Positions 1-9,736 of a stretch of 64,000 nucleotides of DNA are shown piece by piece. This DNA is from a virus (taxonomy: Duplodnaviria > Caudoviricetes). The stretch covers positions 64,001 through 128,000 of IMG/VR virus record IMGVR_UViG_3300029288_007060. One strand, 5' to 3'. Below the pieces are notes generated by a model, which was given only the letters and a program-made list of their open reading frames with translations, was not told where the DNA came from and searched no databases. Made by a program: the position numbers and the translations under genes. Position 1 is the stretch's first letter, and the number at the start of each line of letters is the position of its first letter.

Positions 1-773
1 GTCATATCTTTGTGTGTTATTTTTATCTTATTATTCTCCGAAACTTGTTTTGCGAACAAGTGCCTAATTGATCCGTTAGACCCGTAAACATTTCCGTATC
101 TTGTTGCCGTAAATATACAATTTCTATTTGTATAATTATTGCCATTTATGAATATTTGCTCAGATACGAATTTTGTTCCACCGTATAGAGTTGCCGGCTC
201 ACAACTCTTATCGGTCGACACCAACAACGCTTTTTTAACATTGTTGGTGATACATGATTCTAAAACATTCATACTTCCTATTACGTTGTTTTTTATAGCT
301 TCCAGGGGATTATAGGTGCACGTTTCCACTCTTTTCATACACGCTGCATGAATACAAATATCTACTCCCTTCAGCGCCATGTCTAATCTGGCCCGGTCTC
401 GTATATCTCCGACCAAATATCTTATATTCTTTTTGCTTTCAAACTTTTGCTTCATGTTAGCTTGTTTTAATTCGCATCTGCTAAATACTATTACTTTTTT
501 TGCATAATCACAAATTTTTGACGTAAGAGCTTGGCCCAAAGATCCTGTACCACCTGTTATTAACACTATCTTCCCCAATATGGCGTCCGTATCCGTACCG
601 CTGCGCTTATATTTCTCTTTTCCACTCGTGTCTAAATATTGCTCATGAGTATAATACCTTCTTCCTGAAGGATTCCGCTGAGCTTTTAGTTTGTTATTCC
701 TATCCCAATTTTGTAGAGTTCTGATAGAAACGCCTAATTTTTTTGACATTTCTCCAATTGTATAAGTCGTCAT
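1..773 (-). CDS. pseB: MerR/IS607-type HTH fused to UDP-N-acetylglucosamine 4,6-dehydratase (PseB/FlaA1/CapD family); 3' end runs off the window
   Basis: Absent from the ORF track. Hand translation from ATG 773 (GAGG at 781-784) gives MTTYTIGEMSKKLGVSIRTLQNWDRNNKLKAQRNPSGRRYYTHEQYL...KIVLITGGTGSLG...GDIRD...HAACMKRV...STDK...LYGGTK...TRYGNVYGSNGS, one open frame to base 1. Rossmann GxxGxxG, TDK and YxxxK motifs are intact. Confidence 0.85.
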   Translation of the reverse strand, partial: MTTYTIGEMSKKLGVSIRTLQNWDRNNKLKAQRNPSGRRYYTHEQYLDTSGKEKYKRSGTDTDAILGKIVLITGGTGSLGQALTSKICDYAKKVIVFSRCELKQANMKQKFESKKNIRYLVGDIRDRARLDMALKGVDICIHAACMKRVETCTYNPLEAIKNNVIGSMNVLESCITNNVKKALLVSTDKSCEPATLYGGTKFVSEQIFINGNNYTNRNCIFTATRYGNVYGSNGSIRHLFAKQVSENNKIKITHKDM

Positions 774-831
774 GCACATGCCTCATTTTATAACATTGGA
801 ACACAACATACGTATGCCCTACCAATAAAAG

Positions 832-849
832 AAAATATTGATAGATTTT
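832..849 (-). promoter_or_regulatory. Conserved 18-bp intergenic motif, copy 1 (AAAATATTGATAGATTTT on +); candidate phage promoter/operator
   Basis: Exact copies at 832-849, 43329-43346 and 59290-59307, all intergenic and upstream of minus-strand genes. Confidence 0.6.
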
Positions 850-888
850 TAAAATTATTTTGGTATTTTTGTGGTAATATGTGGAAAA

Positions 889-1968
889 TTATGACAACAA
901 GATATCATTAACTATAGATTCTGTCCCATTATAATGTGCGCCTATATATTTGTTCATCCAACTCTCTCTTTGCGCCCTATCTATACACTTTTTCTCAAAA
1001 GCCCATTTTGAAGATAGTATTGTTGCCGGCGAAATAGTTTCGACCACACCATTGAAATTATAAAGACTGTTGTCAGCCGTAGAAAAATACTTTATTAGCA
1101 TGTCTTTTTGCCACTTCCATCTTCCTAATGGTAATGGTATATTTAAAACATAATTCCCACCGCATACAGACTCATAAATCCCGCTTGAATAAAACATTAC
1201 GGTCGTACAACATCTATCTAATAATGAAGAAATTTTAGTAGGATACATAATGTCCCCATCCTCTATTACCTCTTTCGCAAACTCTTTAATTTCTGTTGGC
1301 ATCCATTGTTTTTTTCTTGTTTTTATAATAATCTTGTCATTGGATGCAATTTTTGCTATTATATTGATAAAATTCTTTGGTTTTCCAAAACACACCCCTA
1401 CGTGTTCTGGTCTAATATTAGGCAACAACACCAAGGTTTCTGTCCCATTTGAGGGACCTTCTTTTATACAATCGAATAACGGGGATCCTATATATCTGCT
1501 ATATGGATTCTCAGAAAATAATCCCAAAAAATTATGTTTGGTTTCCATTAAGAATTTTGTAGAATTATAAGTCCTATATATGGAATTTACACAAGCTTGT
1601 TTTGTCTGCCACAATGAATCTGTTAAGTATGATATCGAGTATGTTTTTATATTAAGAGATTTAAGAGAGTCTAGGTATTTTCTGGCCCACATCCAAATTT
1701 CAACACTTACCATTTTTGTAATATGGTCGGCTGCCATCAGCCTTCTAAGCTCTTTGTCGTTTGTGAATCGTCTTATATTTTTCGCACCAATCACATTTAA
1801 TTCGGATGATTTCGTAATACGAGATAAACTCGGTCTATTATACTCTTTTTCTTGTTTGCCACAATCCATGTAGTATAAAATATATCCTACATGCCTAGCT
1901 TGCAGCTCTGTCATAATTGGGGATAGGAGTTTTAAATATGGCAAATCTCTAACAACTATAGCTATCAT
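889..1968 (-). CDS. Putative GT-B fold sugar transferase (capsule/nonulosonate- or glycerophosphotransferase-like)
   Basis: 359 aa; motifs IGSPLFD, IIIKTRKK, TTVMFYSSGIYESV resemble the C-terminal GT-B domain of capsule-type transferases; lies next to pseB. Confidence 0.45.
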   Translation of the reverse strand: MIAIVVRDLPYLKLLSPIMTELQARHVGYILYYMDCGKQEKEYNRPSLSRITKSSELNVIGAKNIRRFTNDKELRRLMAADHITKMVSVEIWMWARKYLDSLKSLNIKTYSISYLTDSLWQTKQACVNSIYRTYNSTKFLMETKHNFLGLFSENPYSRYIGSPLFDCIKEGPSNGTETLVLLPNIRPEHVGVCFGKPKNFINIIAKIASNDKIIIKTRKKQWMPTEIKEFAKEVIEDGDIMYPTKISSLLDRCCTTVMFYSSGIYESVCGGNYVLNIPLPLGRWKWQKDMLIKYFSTADNSLYNFNGVVETISPATILSSKWAFEKKCIDRAQRESWMNKYIGAHYNGTESIVNDILLS

Positions 1969-2492
1969 ACATTCTTCTTATTATGGTAACATACACTACA
2001 TAACGCAGTATATGTTTCGTTTCCGCCTACAGTCACCTTTTCTTTTTTATTTCCAGCAAGATAGTATGTGTAATTTCCATCTTCTGAGCCGCATTCTGTA
2101 CATATGGCGTTTAGTTTTGTTATCTTCTCGCAATATGGCACTAGTCCAATAATTTCTTCGAACATTTCTGACTCGGAAGTGGCATGTAGCGCGCTTACAA
2201 TAACATGTTTTCCCATCAGGGAGTATTTGTTGCAAAAATCTTTGAGACCTTTGTGGAATTGCCCTTCATCTATGCCTATAACATCATACTTCGTGGCATC
2301 AAACTGATTTATATTCACAAATTGTTCTTCTAACCACGATGTGTCTTTTATGGAATGACTCAAAAAAGGCCTAGAGTCTATTTCTGGCCTAAGCATTATC
2401 ACCTTTTTATTTGCTATTTTGGCTCTTTCTAACAATCTTATTAACTCTGTTGTTTTGCCACTATACATAGACCCAAAAATTAATGTTATCAT
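1965..2492 (-). CDS. tdk: Thymidine kinase
   Basis: GSMYSGKTTEL P-loop, IGIDEGQF, KLNAICTECG and terminal CSVC zinc motifs of type II thymidine kinase. Confidence 0.95.
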   Translation of the reverse strand: MITLIFGSMYSGKTTELIRLLERAKIANKKVIMLRPEIDSRPFLSHSIKDTSWLEEQFVNINQFDATKYDVIGIDEGQFHKGLKDFCNKYSLMGKHVIVSALHATSESEMFEEIIGLVPYCEKITKLNAICTECGSEDGNYTYYLAGNKKEKVTVGGNETYTALCSVCYHNKKNV

Positions 2493-2956
2493 AACAAATC
2501 TCCGTTCATTGGACGATATAATCTTTTCCCATCCACATATAAATCCTTTGGGCTAATATAATACATTTCTGGTTTATAATCAGCGTATGCCACGACTGCC
2601 TTTTGATAATATATTTTTGTTTGCAATATATCATTTGTCTGCATCCATATATACTTTACCGGACGTGTTGGAGTTCCTGCCCATCTATTTCTTATGTTTT
2701 CTAATTTCATTTGTGACTCATAAAATTCTAAATAGGCTCCGTAATCTCCGATTACTATTCTGCTGTATCCTGCAGCAATTTCGGTTCCTATTTTGTTGAG
2801 AAATATTGATTTATCCGTGCAATGATCAATATCTAATCTTTTTAAATACTCGCCTCTAATTAATTCAGACTCGTGTTCTGGTAATTTTGAATACCACCCA
2901 TTGCTTATATTTCTTGTAACCTTGTCTATTATTTTTACTAATTCTTGATTGATCAT
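2489..2956 (-). CDS. Hypothetical protein
   Basis: 155-aa ORF with 4-bp overlaps to both neighbours; no recognised family. Confidence 0.7.
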   Translation of the reverse strand: MINQELVKIIDKVTRNISNGWYSKLPEHESELIRGEYLKRLDIDHCTDKSIFLNKIGTEIAAGYSRIVIGDYGAYLEFYESQMKLENIRNRWAGTPTRPVKYIWMQTNDILQTKIYYQKAVVAYADYKPEMYYISPKDLYVDGKRLYRPMNGDLL

Positions 2957-3666
2957 TTTATAATATTTTCAGAAATTTGTTTCCACTTTATAAGTTGTTT
3001 GTGTGGAGAACAAAAATTTTTCTTGATGGCTTTTCCGACAAGATTAGACCCTCTTCCAAAATGAGCCGCGATGGGTTCTCCGTCTAACCAATATTCATCT
3101 GACTGAAATCCGCTATCGAATATCTTACCTTTTCCACTTTTGCAGTCTACAAAATCAATTGTCTTTATTTCATTTTGAGAAACAAACTTTGCTATTCTCC
3201 ATCCAACATCTTCTTGTGGTTGGTATGACCTATTTATAATGTTGGTTTTTCCTGGTCTAAAATCTATCTTATGTAATAATTCCGTTTCAAAAACCATAAA
3301 ACACACATGATATAGGCCATTTGCTTTTAAAGCAGCCATCATCTTGTAATTATTGATAGAGTTCCATTTATTAGATAAAACCACACAATCTGATTCAATG
3401 ATGGCCGTATACTGCGTATTTGACAGTGATATTATTTTATTTAAACTTTCTCCGTGTTGCAGGCTTCCCTTAGAACTTGAGATATTTTTCACAATATTAA
3501 AATTATTTAGGCCTGAGTATTTTCCCATATCGCTCATTCCATTATCACAAACGATGAACTGGGGCGCATCCTGTGTGTACTTTAATACCGACCTTACCAT
3601 TAAATCAAACAAATTGGTTTTATTATCATTATACACAACAGAACATATAGTTGTGCTATTAGTCAA
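2953..3666 (-). CDS. Glycosyltransferase family 2-like protein
   Basis: IVCDNG, HGESLN and IIESDC (DxD-like) GT-A motifs. Confidence 0.7.
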   Translation of the reverse strand: MTNSTTICSVVYNDNKTNLFDLMVRSVLKYTQDAPQFIVCDNGMSDMGKYSGLNNFNIVKNISSSKGSLQHGESLNKIISLSNTQYTAIIESDCVVLSNKWNSINNYKMMAALKANGLYHVCFMVFETELLHKIDFRPGKTNIINRSYQPQEDVGWRIAKFVSQNEIKTIDFVDCKSGKGKIFDSGFQSDEYWLDGEPIAAHFGRGSNLVGKAIKKNFCSPHKQLIKWKQISENIIK

Positions 3667-4060
3667 AAAGCTCCCCCTTAACGTTCCTAATAAATATTTT
3701 TAAGTAATATAAGAAACTTCTTTCGTATTTTAATGTACTGTATTCTTTAAAAACTTCTCTTTCCTCTTCAGAAACAGGCCGTGTAGCAAAAGCTGTATTT
3801 TGCTCTAAATCATTTTCAAAGAACATGACTGATTTTATACGAGAGCTTATTTTATCGAATGCTGTATTTAACTCTTGCTCGTTTTTAACACTCAGAATAA
3901 CTAGTGTGTGAGAGTATAGCAGAGAATAATTGGCCCTGTCACAAAACAAAATTCCGCTCTCTAAAGCGGCATGGCAGGCTTGCACCAACCTTCTTTCTGG
4001 CGACAAGTCTTTTCTTACGAATATATACACATATTCTTTTCCTAGCTGTTTAGTTATCAT
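3659..4060 (-). CDS. Peptidyl-tRNA hydrolase PTH2-like protein (phage type)
   Basis: YIFVRKDLS...VQACHAALE...LVILSV...FFENDL...TAFAT pattern of PTH2-family proteins. Confidence 0.75.
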   Translation of the reverse strand: MITKQLGKEYVYIFVRKDLSPERRLVQACHAALESGILFCDRANYSLLYSHTLVILSVKNEQELNTAFDKISSRIKSVMFFENDLEQNTAFATRPVSEEEREVFKEYSTLKYERSFLYYLKIFIRNVKGELFD

Positions 4061-4061
4061 T

Positions 4062-4394
4062 TTATTTGTCCAGTTGTTTTATCTTAAAGGTTAGTTTTAA
4101 ATATTCGTATGAGGCATGGAGAAAAATTGCCATTCCTATAATTTCATTAACAATTTTGGAGCTTTGGTGATATGATAAATTATCTCTTAAAGACTCGTAA
4201 CATGCTTTCTTTGTTTTGTTTCCTATAGCATATTTTAAAACGGTATTTAAAGTATCATTATTGGCCCCAAAGCCAGCATACTTGGTAAACTTCTTACCAA
4301 AAAAATATCTGTAACAAGATTTTGGGAGTCTATTGATGGTGGATTCGTCAACATATTCTTTTTCACAAACTTGATATTGTCCATATAAACTCAT
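4062..4394 (-). CDS. Hypothetical protein
   Basis: 110-aa ORF with GGAG RBS, in operon-like packing. Confidence 0.6.
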   Translation of the reverse strand: MSLYGQYQVCEKEYVDESTINRLPKSCYRYFFGKKFTKYAGFGANNDTLNTVLKYAIGNKTKKACYESLRDNLSYHQSSKIVNEIIGMAIFLHASYEYLKLTFKIKQLDK

Positions 4395-4403
4395 TCTCTC
4401 TCC

Positions 4404-5399
4404 TTATAAGCCCATCGCTTTCAAATATCTATTTATCATCTTGTCTAATGTTAGCTCTTTAACTGCGTATCCTCTTGCTTGCTGTTTGAACTCTGCCAAA
4501 TTAGGAATCACGCTCTCTATACCATCTGCTAACTTTTTTATATATGCGCTACCATAATTCCAATGACCACCACTGTCTACAATTATACCCTGTTTCCTAT
4601 CAGAAATCAATTCTGAGTTGCCACCCCACAAGGGAATTATAACAGGTATTCCAGAACTAATTGATTCTATTACGGAATTATCGCAACTTGACCCCATACG
4701 AGGATACAAACCTATATCTGCATTTTCAAAATATTTAGAAATTTTTGAATTGGGGATAGAGCCGTGATAGATGATATTTTTATCCAACTTGTATTTGTTG
4801 TATATATGTTGACATTGAGAATCCATTACCCCGACCATTATCAATTTAACCTTATGATTGCGAGACTTTAACTCTTCATATGCTCCTATTAAACTTTCCA
4901 TTATATAATCATTTCTCATAACACCATGAGAAAAAATATTAACAAATCCATCAAATTTTCTTTGTTTTGGACAAAATGTATTGATGTCTGCTCCATTATG
5001 TATAATTGAAAAATTTTCTTTTCTCTCCGCTATTTCAGAATCGATCAGTCGTTTAGAAAATTCTGATTGGTATATCATATGGTCTACATTTGCTACGTCT
5101 CTTTTAATGGCATTATGAAGCGCGTCCATATCCGACCTACGCTCTCTTCCGGGTCCGCCGTGCCAATATTCTCTAAAATAAGCCCCGTCTAATCTAACAT
5201 ATATTTTCGTTTTCTTTCTATCCACCTGTCTTAGGGCCTTTCCACTTTCAATTATACAAAGACATTTGTCTGCCCTGTGAGGCTTATCATATGATATAGA
5301 GTGTCCCTTTTTGGCAAACCCATTAGCCAAACGATATGCGCTCACGGTAGGGCCACCAGAGGTGGCAGAACCACGCAAATTAAAATAAATCATGGCCAT
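4404..5399 (-). CDS. Glycosyltransferase family 4
   Basis: SGGP, YQSEFS, IIHNGAD, and DNSVIESISSGIPVI (GT4 C-terminal region). Confidence 0.9.
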   Translation of the reverse strand: MAMIYFNLRGSATSGGPTVSAYRLANGFAKKGHSISYDKPHRADKCLCIIESGKALRQVDRKKTKIYVRLDGAYFREYWHGGPGRERRSDMDALHNAIKRDVANVDHMIYQSEFSKRLIDSEIAERKENFSIIHNGADINTFCPKQRKFDGFVNIFSHGVMRNDYIMESLIGAYEELKSRNHKVKLIMVGVMDSQCQHIYNKYKLDKNIIYHGSIPNSKISKYFENADIGLYPRMGSSCDNSVIESISSGIPVIIPLWGGNSELISDRKQGIIVDSGGHWNYGSAYIKKLADGIESVIPNLAEFKQQARGYAVKELTLDKMINRYLKAMGL

Positions 5400-6112
5400 T
5401 AAAATAACTTCCTATCGCTAATAACCACCAATCCTTCGTCCTTTTCTTTTCTGCCATTATCAAATAAGTGTCCACGCATTTCTATAAGCAAAGAGTTGTA
5501 TTTTTTGTCGTTTAATAGATTATCAACAATCTTTTTAACAGAAAATTTGTTCAAACAATAATCGTCGAAGATAAAAACGGCCCCTTCCTTTGATACCTTT
5601 TGTGCCAACCTAATATCTTCGGATATGACCGATTCTTTATCATGTTCCCCGTCGATAAAGCATAAATCGAATTTGTTTGAAAAATTTGATATAGTTTTGG
5701 AAAAGTGCTTTCTCTCCAAGAACTTAATCTTTTTCTTTTCTTCTCCGCCAATTTTTTCATATAGTTCTTTGTTAGAAACTGTTGCCGCACGGTGTCCCAC
5801 AGAGGTTGACTGTTTTTGAGAAAACCCAACTATATCTATGGTAACAATTTCTTTGATGTTGCTATTTAAGGCAACGGAATAACTGGCCGTTCCTCTTCCG
5901 GTTCCCATTTCAAAAAAATTATCGGATTTGAAGAACTCAGAAATTGCTTTTATAACAAACGGTTGTTCCATGCCATATAAAAGAGAAAATTTGGTGATAT
6001 TATTATCGACGCGAGTCTTTGTCAAATAACATATTTTTTCTATTTTATCTTTATCCTTTGTCCAATCATAGCCTATTTTCTCAAAAAAATCAACAAGCGC
6101 TATAGTCTCCAT
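5399..6112 (-). CDS. Class I SAM-dependent methyltransferase (Methyltransf_24-like), probably glycan-modifying
   Basis: FEMGTGRG motif I, FDLCFIDGEH, FIFDDY. Confidence 0.85.
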   Translation of the reverse strand: METIALVDFFEKIGYDWTKDKDKIEKICYLTKTRVDNNITKFSLLYGMEQPFVIKAISEFFKSDNFFEMGTGRGTASYSVALNSNIKEIVTIDIVGFSQKQSTSVGHRAATVSNKELYEKIGGEEKKKIKFLERKHFSKTISNFSNKFDLCFIDGEHDKESVISEDIRLAQKVSKEGAVFIFDDYCLNKFSVKKIVDNLLNDKKYNSLLIEMRGHLFDNGRKEKDEGLVVISDRKLF

Positions 6113-6880
6113 TTATATTAATCCTTCTTTTGTAAATATTTCTTTAAATTCTTTTTGCATGTCCTGCCAATCCTTAGTCTGCTGGGGACTATGTTGCCTT
6201 TCGACTTGTTGGTCGTGCTGCCTCCAAAGATACAACACTTTATCTATTTTGACAACCGGATGCCTCATTAGCATTCTGCCGGCTATATTATAATCTGTGG
6301 CATATTGATATTGTGTATTAAAACCGCCAATATCTCTCAAGCATGGTATATTGAAACATCTCATGTGGCCAATGGGGTTTTGAGATATAAATATTTTTCT
6401 AAGTTGTTTTTGGCCCTCGACAGTAAATTGGTTCTGCACAAGTTTGGCTTTAGCGTGATTCTTGACAACAACCCTGTTCTTTTTATCGATTATAGAAAAC
6501 CCCGAATAAGTCTGCCCTACTTCTGGGTGAGTATTAAACATATTGTCTGCCTCAGAAAGCGCATTCGGGGCAAGCATATCATCGGAATCTAAAACACAAA
6601 ACAAACCGGCATCCTTATAGTTATTTGGTAGCCACTCATTCAAAACGAAATTATACGCCTTTTGTTGTCCTATGTTTTCGTTCATTTTAATAAAAAACAT
6701 ATTAGTGCATTTTTTCTTAAAGGCGTCACAAACCAAATCAGCCCCGTCACTTGATTTGTTGTCTATCACCAAGTGCACCCACTTGTCCTTTGGCAATGAT
6801 TGATTAATAGCGGATTGTAATGATAAACCAACCAAATGTTTTCTATTATGCACAAGCGTAACCAATATTATTTTAGGCAT
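6113..6880 (-). CDS. Glycosyltransferase family 2
   Basis: VHNR, IDNKSSDG, LDSDD, ATDY, LYLWRQH. Confidence 0.9.
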   Translation of the reverse strand: MPKIILVTLVHNRKHLVGLSLQSAINQSLPKDKWVHLVIDNKSSDGADLVCDAFKKKCTNMFFIKMNENIGQQKAYNFVLNEWLPNNYKDAGLFCVLDSDDMLAPNALSEADNMFNTHPEVGQTYSGFSIIDKKNRVVVKNHAKAKLVQNQFTVEGQKQLRKIFISQNPIGHMRCFNIPCLRDIGGFNTQYQYATDYNIAGRMLMRHPVVKIDKVLYLWRQHDQQVERQHSPQQTKDWQDMQKEFKEIFTKEGLI

Positions 6881-7674
6881 TATTTTCTGTCCTTTAATAT
6901 CAAATCGTTTGTGAATATTTTTTGGTCACAAGGCTCAAAATTAGGATCAAACGTCACAAAGACATTTCCCGTATTTCTCATGTTTGTTAGATATCTTGAT
7001 AATGCAGATAGTTGCGATGAGCCTTTTTGATGCGCTTTATTTTTTTCTTTTCTATATGCTTTATCCTTATCTGTATCAAGGTGAATGCCCTTTGGAAGTA
7101 TGTATGCGCTAATCAGCCCCAAATATGACAGCCTGTAATACATACAAGCATCCTCGTGCCCATATGTTGAAAAATAATTATAGAACCCTACCTTCTCAAA
7201 AACTCTTCTTGGTAAACATAGACAGGCTCCACCCAAATTGCCGTTTTTCGGCCTACACCTCACTCCATTTATTATTTTGTCCGAGTATTTATCTGGCTCT
7301 ACACAAACGCCCGTTATTCCTAATTTTGGAATTTTATCGCAGGCCTCTGCAAATAATTTATCATATGAGTCGGGAACAATTATATCGTCGTCAATTGTCA
7401 TAAGATAATCTCCTGATGCTTTGACTAGTCCACTATTTCGTCCCCCAGCAACGCCCAAATTCTTGTAATTAAATACATGCTGAATCTTTGTGGTGTTTTC
7501 ATTCCCCTTAACCTCAAGTAAATAATCCCTTAACCCTGGCTCAGATGAATTATTGTCCACCAAAATCAGCTCGTGTTTTAGTGTAGTTTTTTTAATTAAA
7601 TTTTCTATTGTTTGAATAGAATAATGCTTTCTGTTCCAGTTAAGGATAATAATGCTAAGTAGTTTTTCACTCAT
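6880..7674 (-). CDS. Glycosyltransferase family 2
   Basis: SIIILNWNR, VDNNSS, NLGVAGGRN, IDDD, GHED. Confidence 0.9.
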   Translation of the reverse strand: MSEKLLSIIILNWNRKHYSIQTIENLIKKTTLKHELILVDNNSSEPGLRDYLLEVKGNENTTKIQHVFNYKNLGVAGGRNSGLVKASGDYLMTIDDDIIVPDSYDKLFAEACDKIPKLGITGVCVEPDKYSDKIINGVRCRPKNGNLGGACLCLPRRVFEKVGFYNYFSTYGHEDACMYYRLSYLGLISAYILPKGIHLDTDKDKAYRKEKNKAHQKGSSQLSALSRYLTNMRNTGNVFVTFDPNFEPCDQKIFTNDLILKDRK

Positions 7675-7677
7675 CTT

Positions 7678-9732
7678 TTATCTCCCGTCTTCCTTAAATT
7701 TTATAAATGTCCTCGCTTTTCCGTGGTCTATAATAGATGTTGGAGTCCTTATCAATTTAAATTTATTTTGCCATTTTTTTGATAGCGCGTTTAATAACCT
7801 CATAAATTCATCTTTTCCAGAAAATAGACTTCCAGAGGATTCGTGCACGAGAGGGCATAATATTCCATAATTAAGCATTCCTTTGTCTAATGCAGAAAGA
7901 GCAATGTCTGCTCCATAAAAATGAAACCCGTCAAAGGTTTTCTCATCAAATTTTAATCCACTATTTTTTCTTATAACCATACAATGTTCGTCTAATGTTT
8001 GGGACAGATAGACTTTGGCAGATTTTGTAGACTGCCATTGTATTTTTCCTTTCATGTTATGAACTACACCAATCGTGTCATCATTTTGGTTAATTCCCGC
8101 AGTACCCAGAACACCCCATTTTTTATTAGTTTTCTCTATCTCTGATATTCTATCAAACAACATATCTATCCACTTTTCGTAAAAAAGAACGTCTTGGTGA
8201 CACAAGACTACCACATTTCCTCTTGCTTTTGATATTCCTATATTTAATGCTTGAGACGCAGAATATTGATTATTCATATTATAAATTGGAACTATCTCGT
8301 ATTTTTTATTTGTTATATTCTTATATAAGGAGTGTATTACGTATTCATTATATTGCTCTATATTATTCACACAAGTAACAAAGGAAATGTCTGTTTGATA
8401 AATATCTTTGTTTATATTTTTTTTGAATTCTGTGAAATCGGTGTCCACGCGATGCATCCATCGGGTTTTGAATATCTTAATTCCATTTTGTTGTAAGGTT
8501 CCCGATGTTTTAAATTTATTTTGTGATACGCTTTCTGAATGAATCACTACGGCATTCGCAGCATAAAGTATCTTTTTCCCCAATTCGTGTACAACTTTAA
8601 GACATAAATCTACATCTTCGTAACAAAAATAATAGGCTTCGTCGAAACCCCCAACCTTATAAAAATCTTCTTTGTTTATTAGAAGACAAGCCCCGGTAAC
8701 CGCCTGAAAAAATCTATCGTGATTCGCAAACCCTTCCGGAAAATACTTTAAAACCGATTTTCCTAAATTGGCTGGCCCATCTGGTATAAAAACTATACCG
8801 GCATGCTGAACAGCATCTTTGCAATATTCAAGTCTGGCTCCCACAATTCCTATTTTTTTATTATTCTTTATATTTGACATCATCTCGGTCATCCAAAATG
8901 GCTGTGGTTCGGTATCGTCGTTTAAAAACAAAAGAAATTCTCCGGAAGACAAATCTGCTAACTCGTTATTAATCGATGAAAATGACCCCTCAGAAGTCCC
9001 TCTGCTTATTATTTTAATTCTACTGTCGTTAAGTTGTTTTATATACTCCGCCGTCTCATCCGAAGACGAACTATCTCCTATTACCCATTCCCAATTTGGA
9101 TAATGCGTATTTTTTATAATAGCAAGATGGCATTTTTTAAGAACCTCTAAATTATCTCTCGTTGGTGTTATAATACTAACCATCGATACGTCTTCTGGTT
9201 TCTTAATTAAGACTTTGTCTGCGAATTCATTATGCCTGCGCTTTTTAATCCTCTTGAATTGAACCTTAACTCCGTCTTTATCAAAAATGATAGATTGCGG
9301 CGCAAACTTTCTGGCGGGAGCAGTATTCTCAGCTTTTTCTATCGAAACAATTTTTATAGACTTTACAAAAATACACCCAGTTGAGTTATCTGGACGACAA
9401 ATTCTAATATACATAGGGGTTGTGTTTGACACATCTGGCGTACATAATGTAACAGCATACTCTCTTATATCTGACGAGCTTATTATAAGAGGTATTTGAT
9501 TTCCGTCATAATTTTTCCCAGAATAGAAATTAACTGTAATGTTTCCATTACCCGCCATTCTTGAAGCATTTATTATTATTTTATATCTAGTTTTGGGACT
9601 TAATAGGCATTGAGACATTATAATCGAGTCTTTTCTTGGCATAGAGACGCATAACCCTCCATGCTTTATGAGTGTGCGTATAGACCTTCCCCTCCAACTA
9701 TACTTATCTCCGCCGATTGTTATAACACTCAT
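7678..9732 (-). CDS. Multidomain glycosyltransferase: N-terminal beta-sandwich (CBM-like) plus two GT2-type domains
   Basis: VSIITPT...FLNDD...AVTGAC...YEDVDLC domain followed by a second ISFVTC...CHQDV...FHFYGAD domain. Confidence 0.85.
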   Translation of the reverse strand: MSVITIGGDKYSWRGRSIRTLIKHGGLCVSMPRKDSIIMSQCLLSPKTRYKIIINASRMAGNGNITVNFYSGKNYDGNQIPLIISSSDIREYAVTLCTPDVSNTTPMYIRICRPDNSTGCIFVKSIKIVSIEKAENTAPARKFAPQSIIFDKDGVKVQFKRIKKRRHNEFADKVLIKKPEDVSMVSIITPTRDNLEVLKKCHLAIIKNTHYPNWEWVIGDSSSSDETAEYIKQLNDSRIKIISRGTSEGSFSSINNELADLSSGEFLLFLNDDTEPQPFWMTEMMSNIKNNKKIGIVGARLEYCKDAVQHAGIVFIPDGPANLGKSVLKYFPEGFANHDRFFQAVTGACLLINKEDFYKVGGFDEAYYFCYEDVDLCLKVVHELGKKILYAANAVVIHSESVSQNKFKTSGTLQQNGIKIFKTRWMHRVDTDFTEFKKNINKDIYQTDISFVTCVNNIEQYNEYVIHSLYKNITNKKYEIVPIYNMNNQYSASQALNIGISKARGNVVVLCHQDVLFYEKWIDMLFDRISEIEKTNKKWGVLGTAGINQNDDTIGVVHNMKGKIQWQSTKSAKVYLSQTLDEHCMVIRKNSGLKFDEKTFDGFHFYGADIALSALDKGMLNYGILCPLVHESSGSLFSGKDEFMRLLNALSKKWQNKFKLIRTPTSIIDHGKARTFIKFKEDGR

Positions 9733-9736
9733 GTTT

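Noticed and set aside
620-888. Intact IS607 element
   Set aside because: Only the HTH is present; no serine recombinase catalytic domain or tnpB follows.
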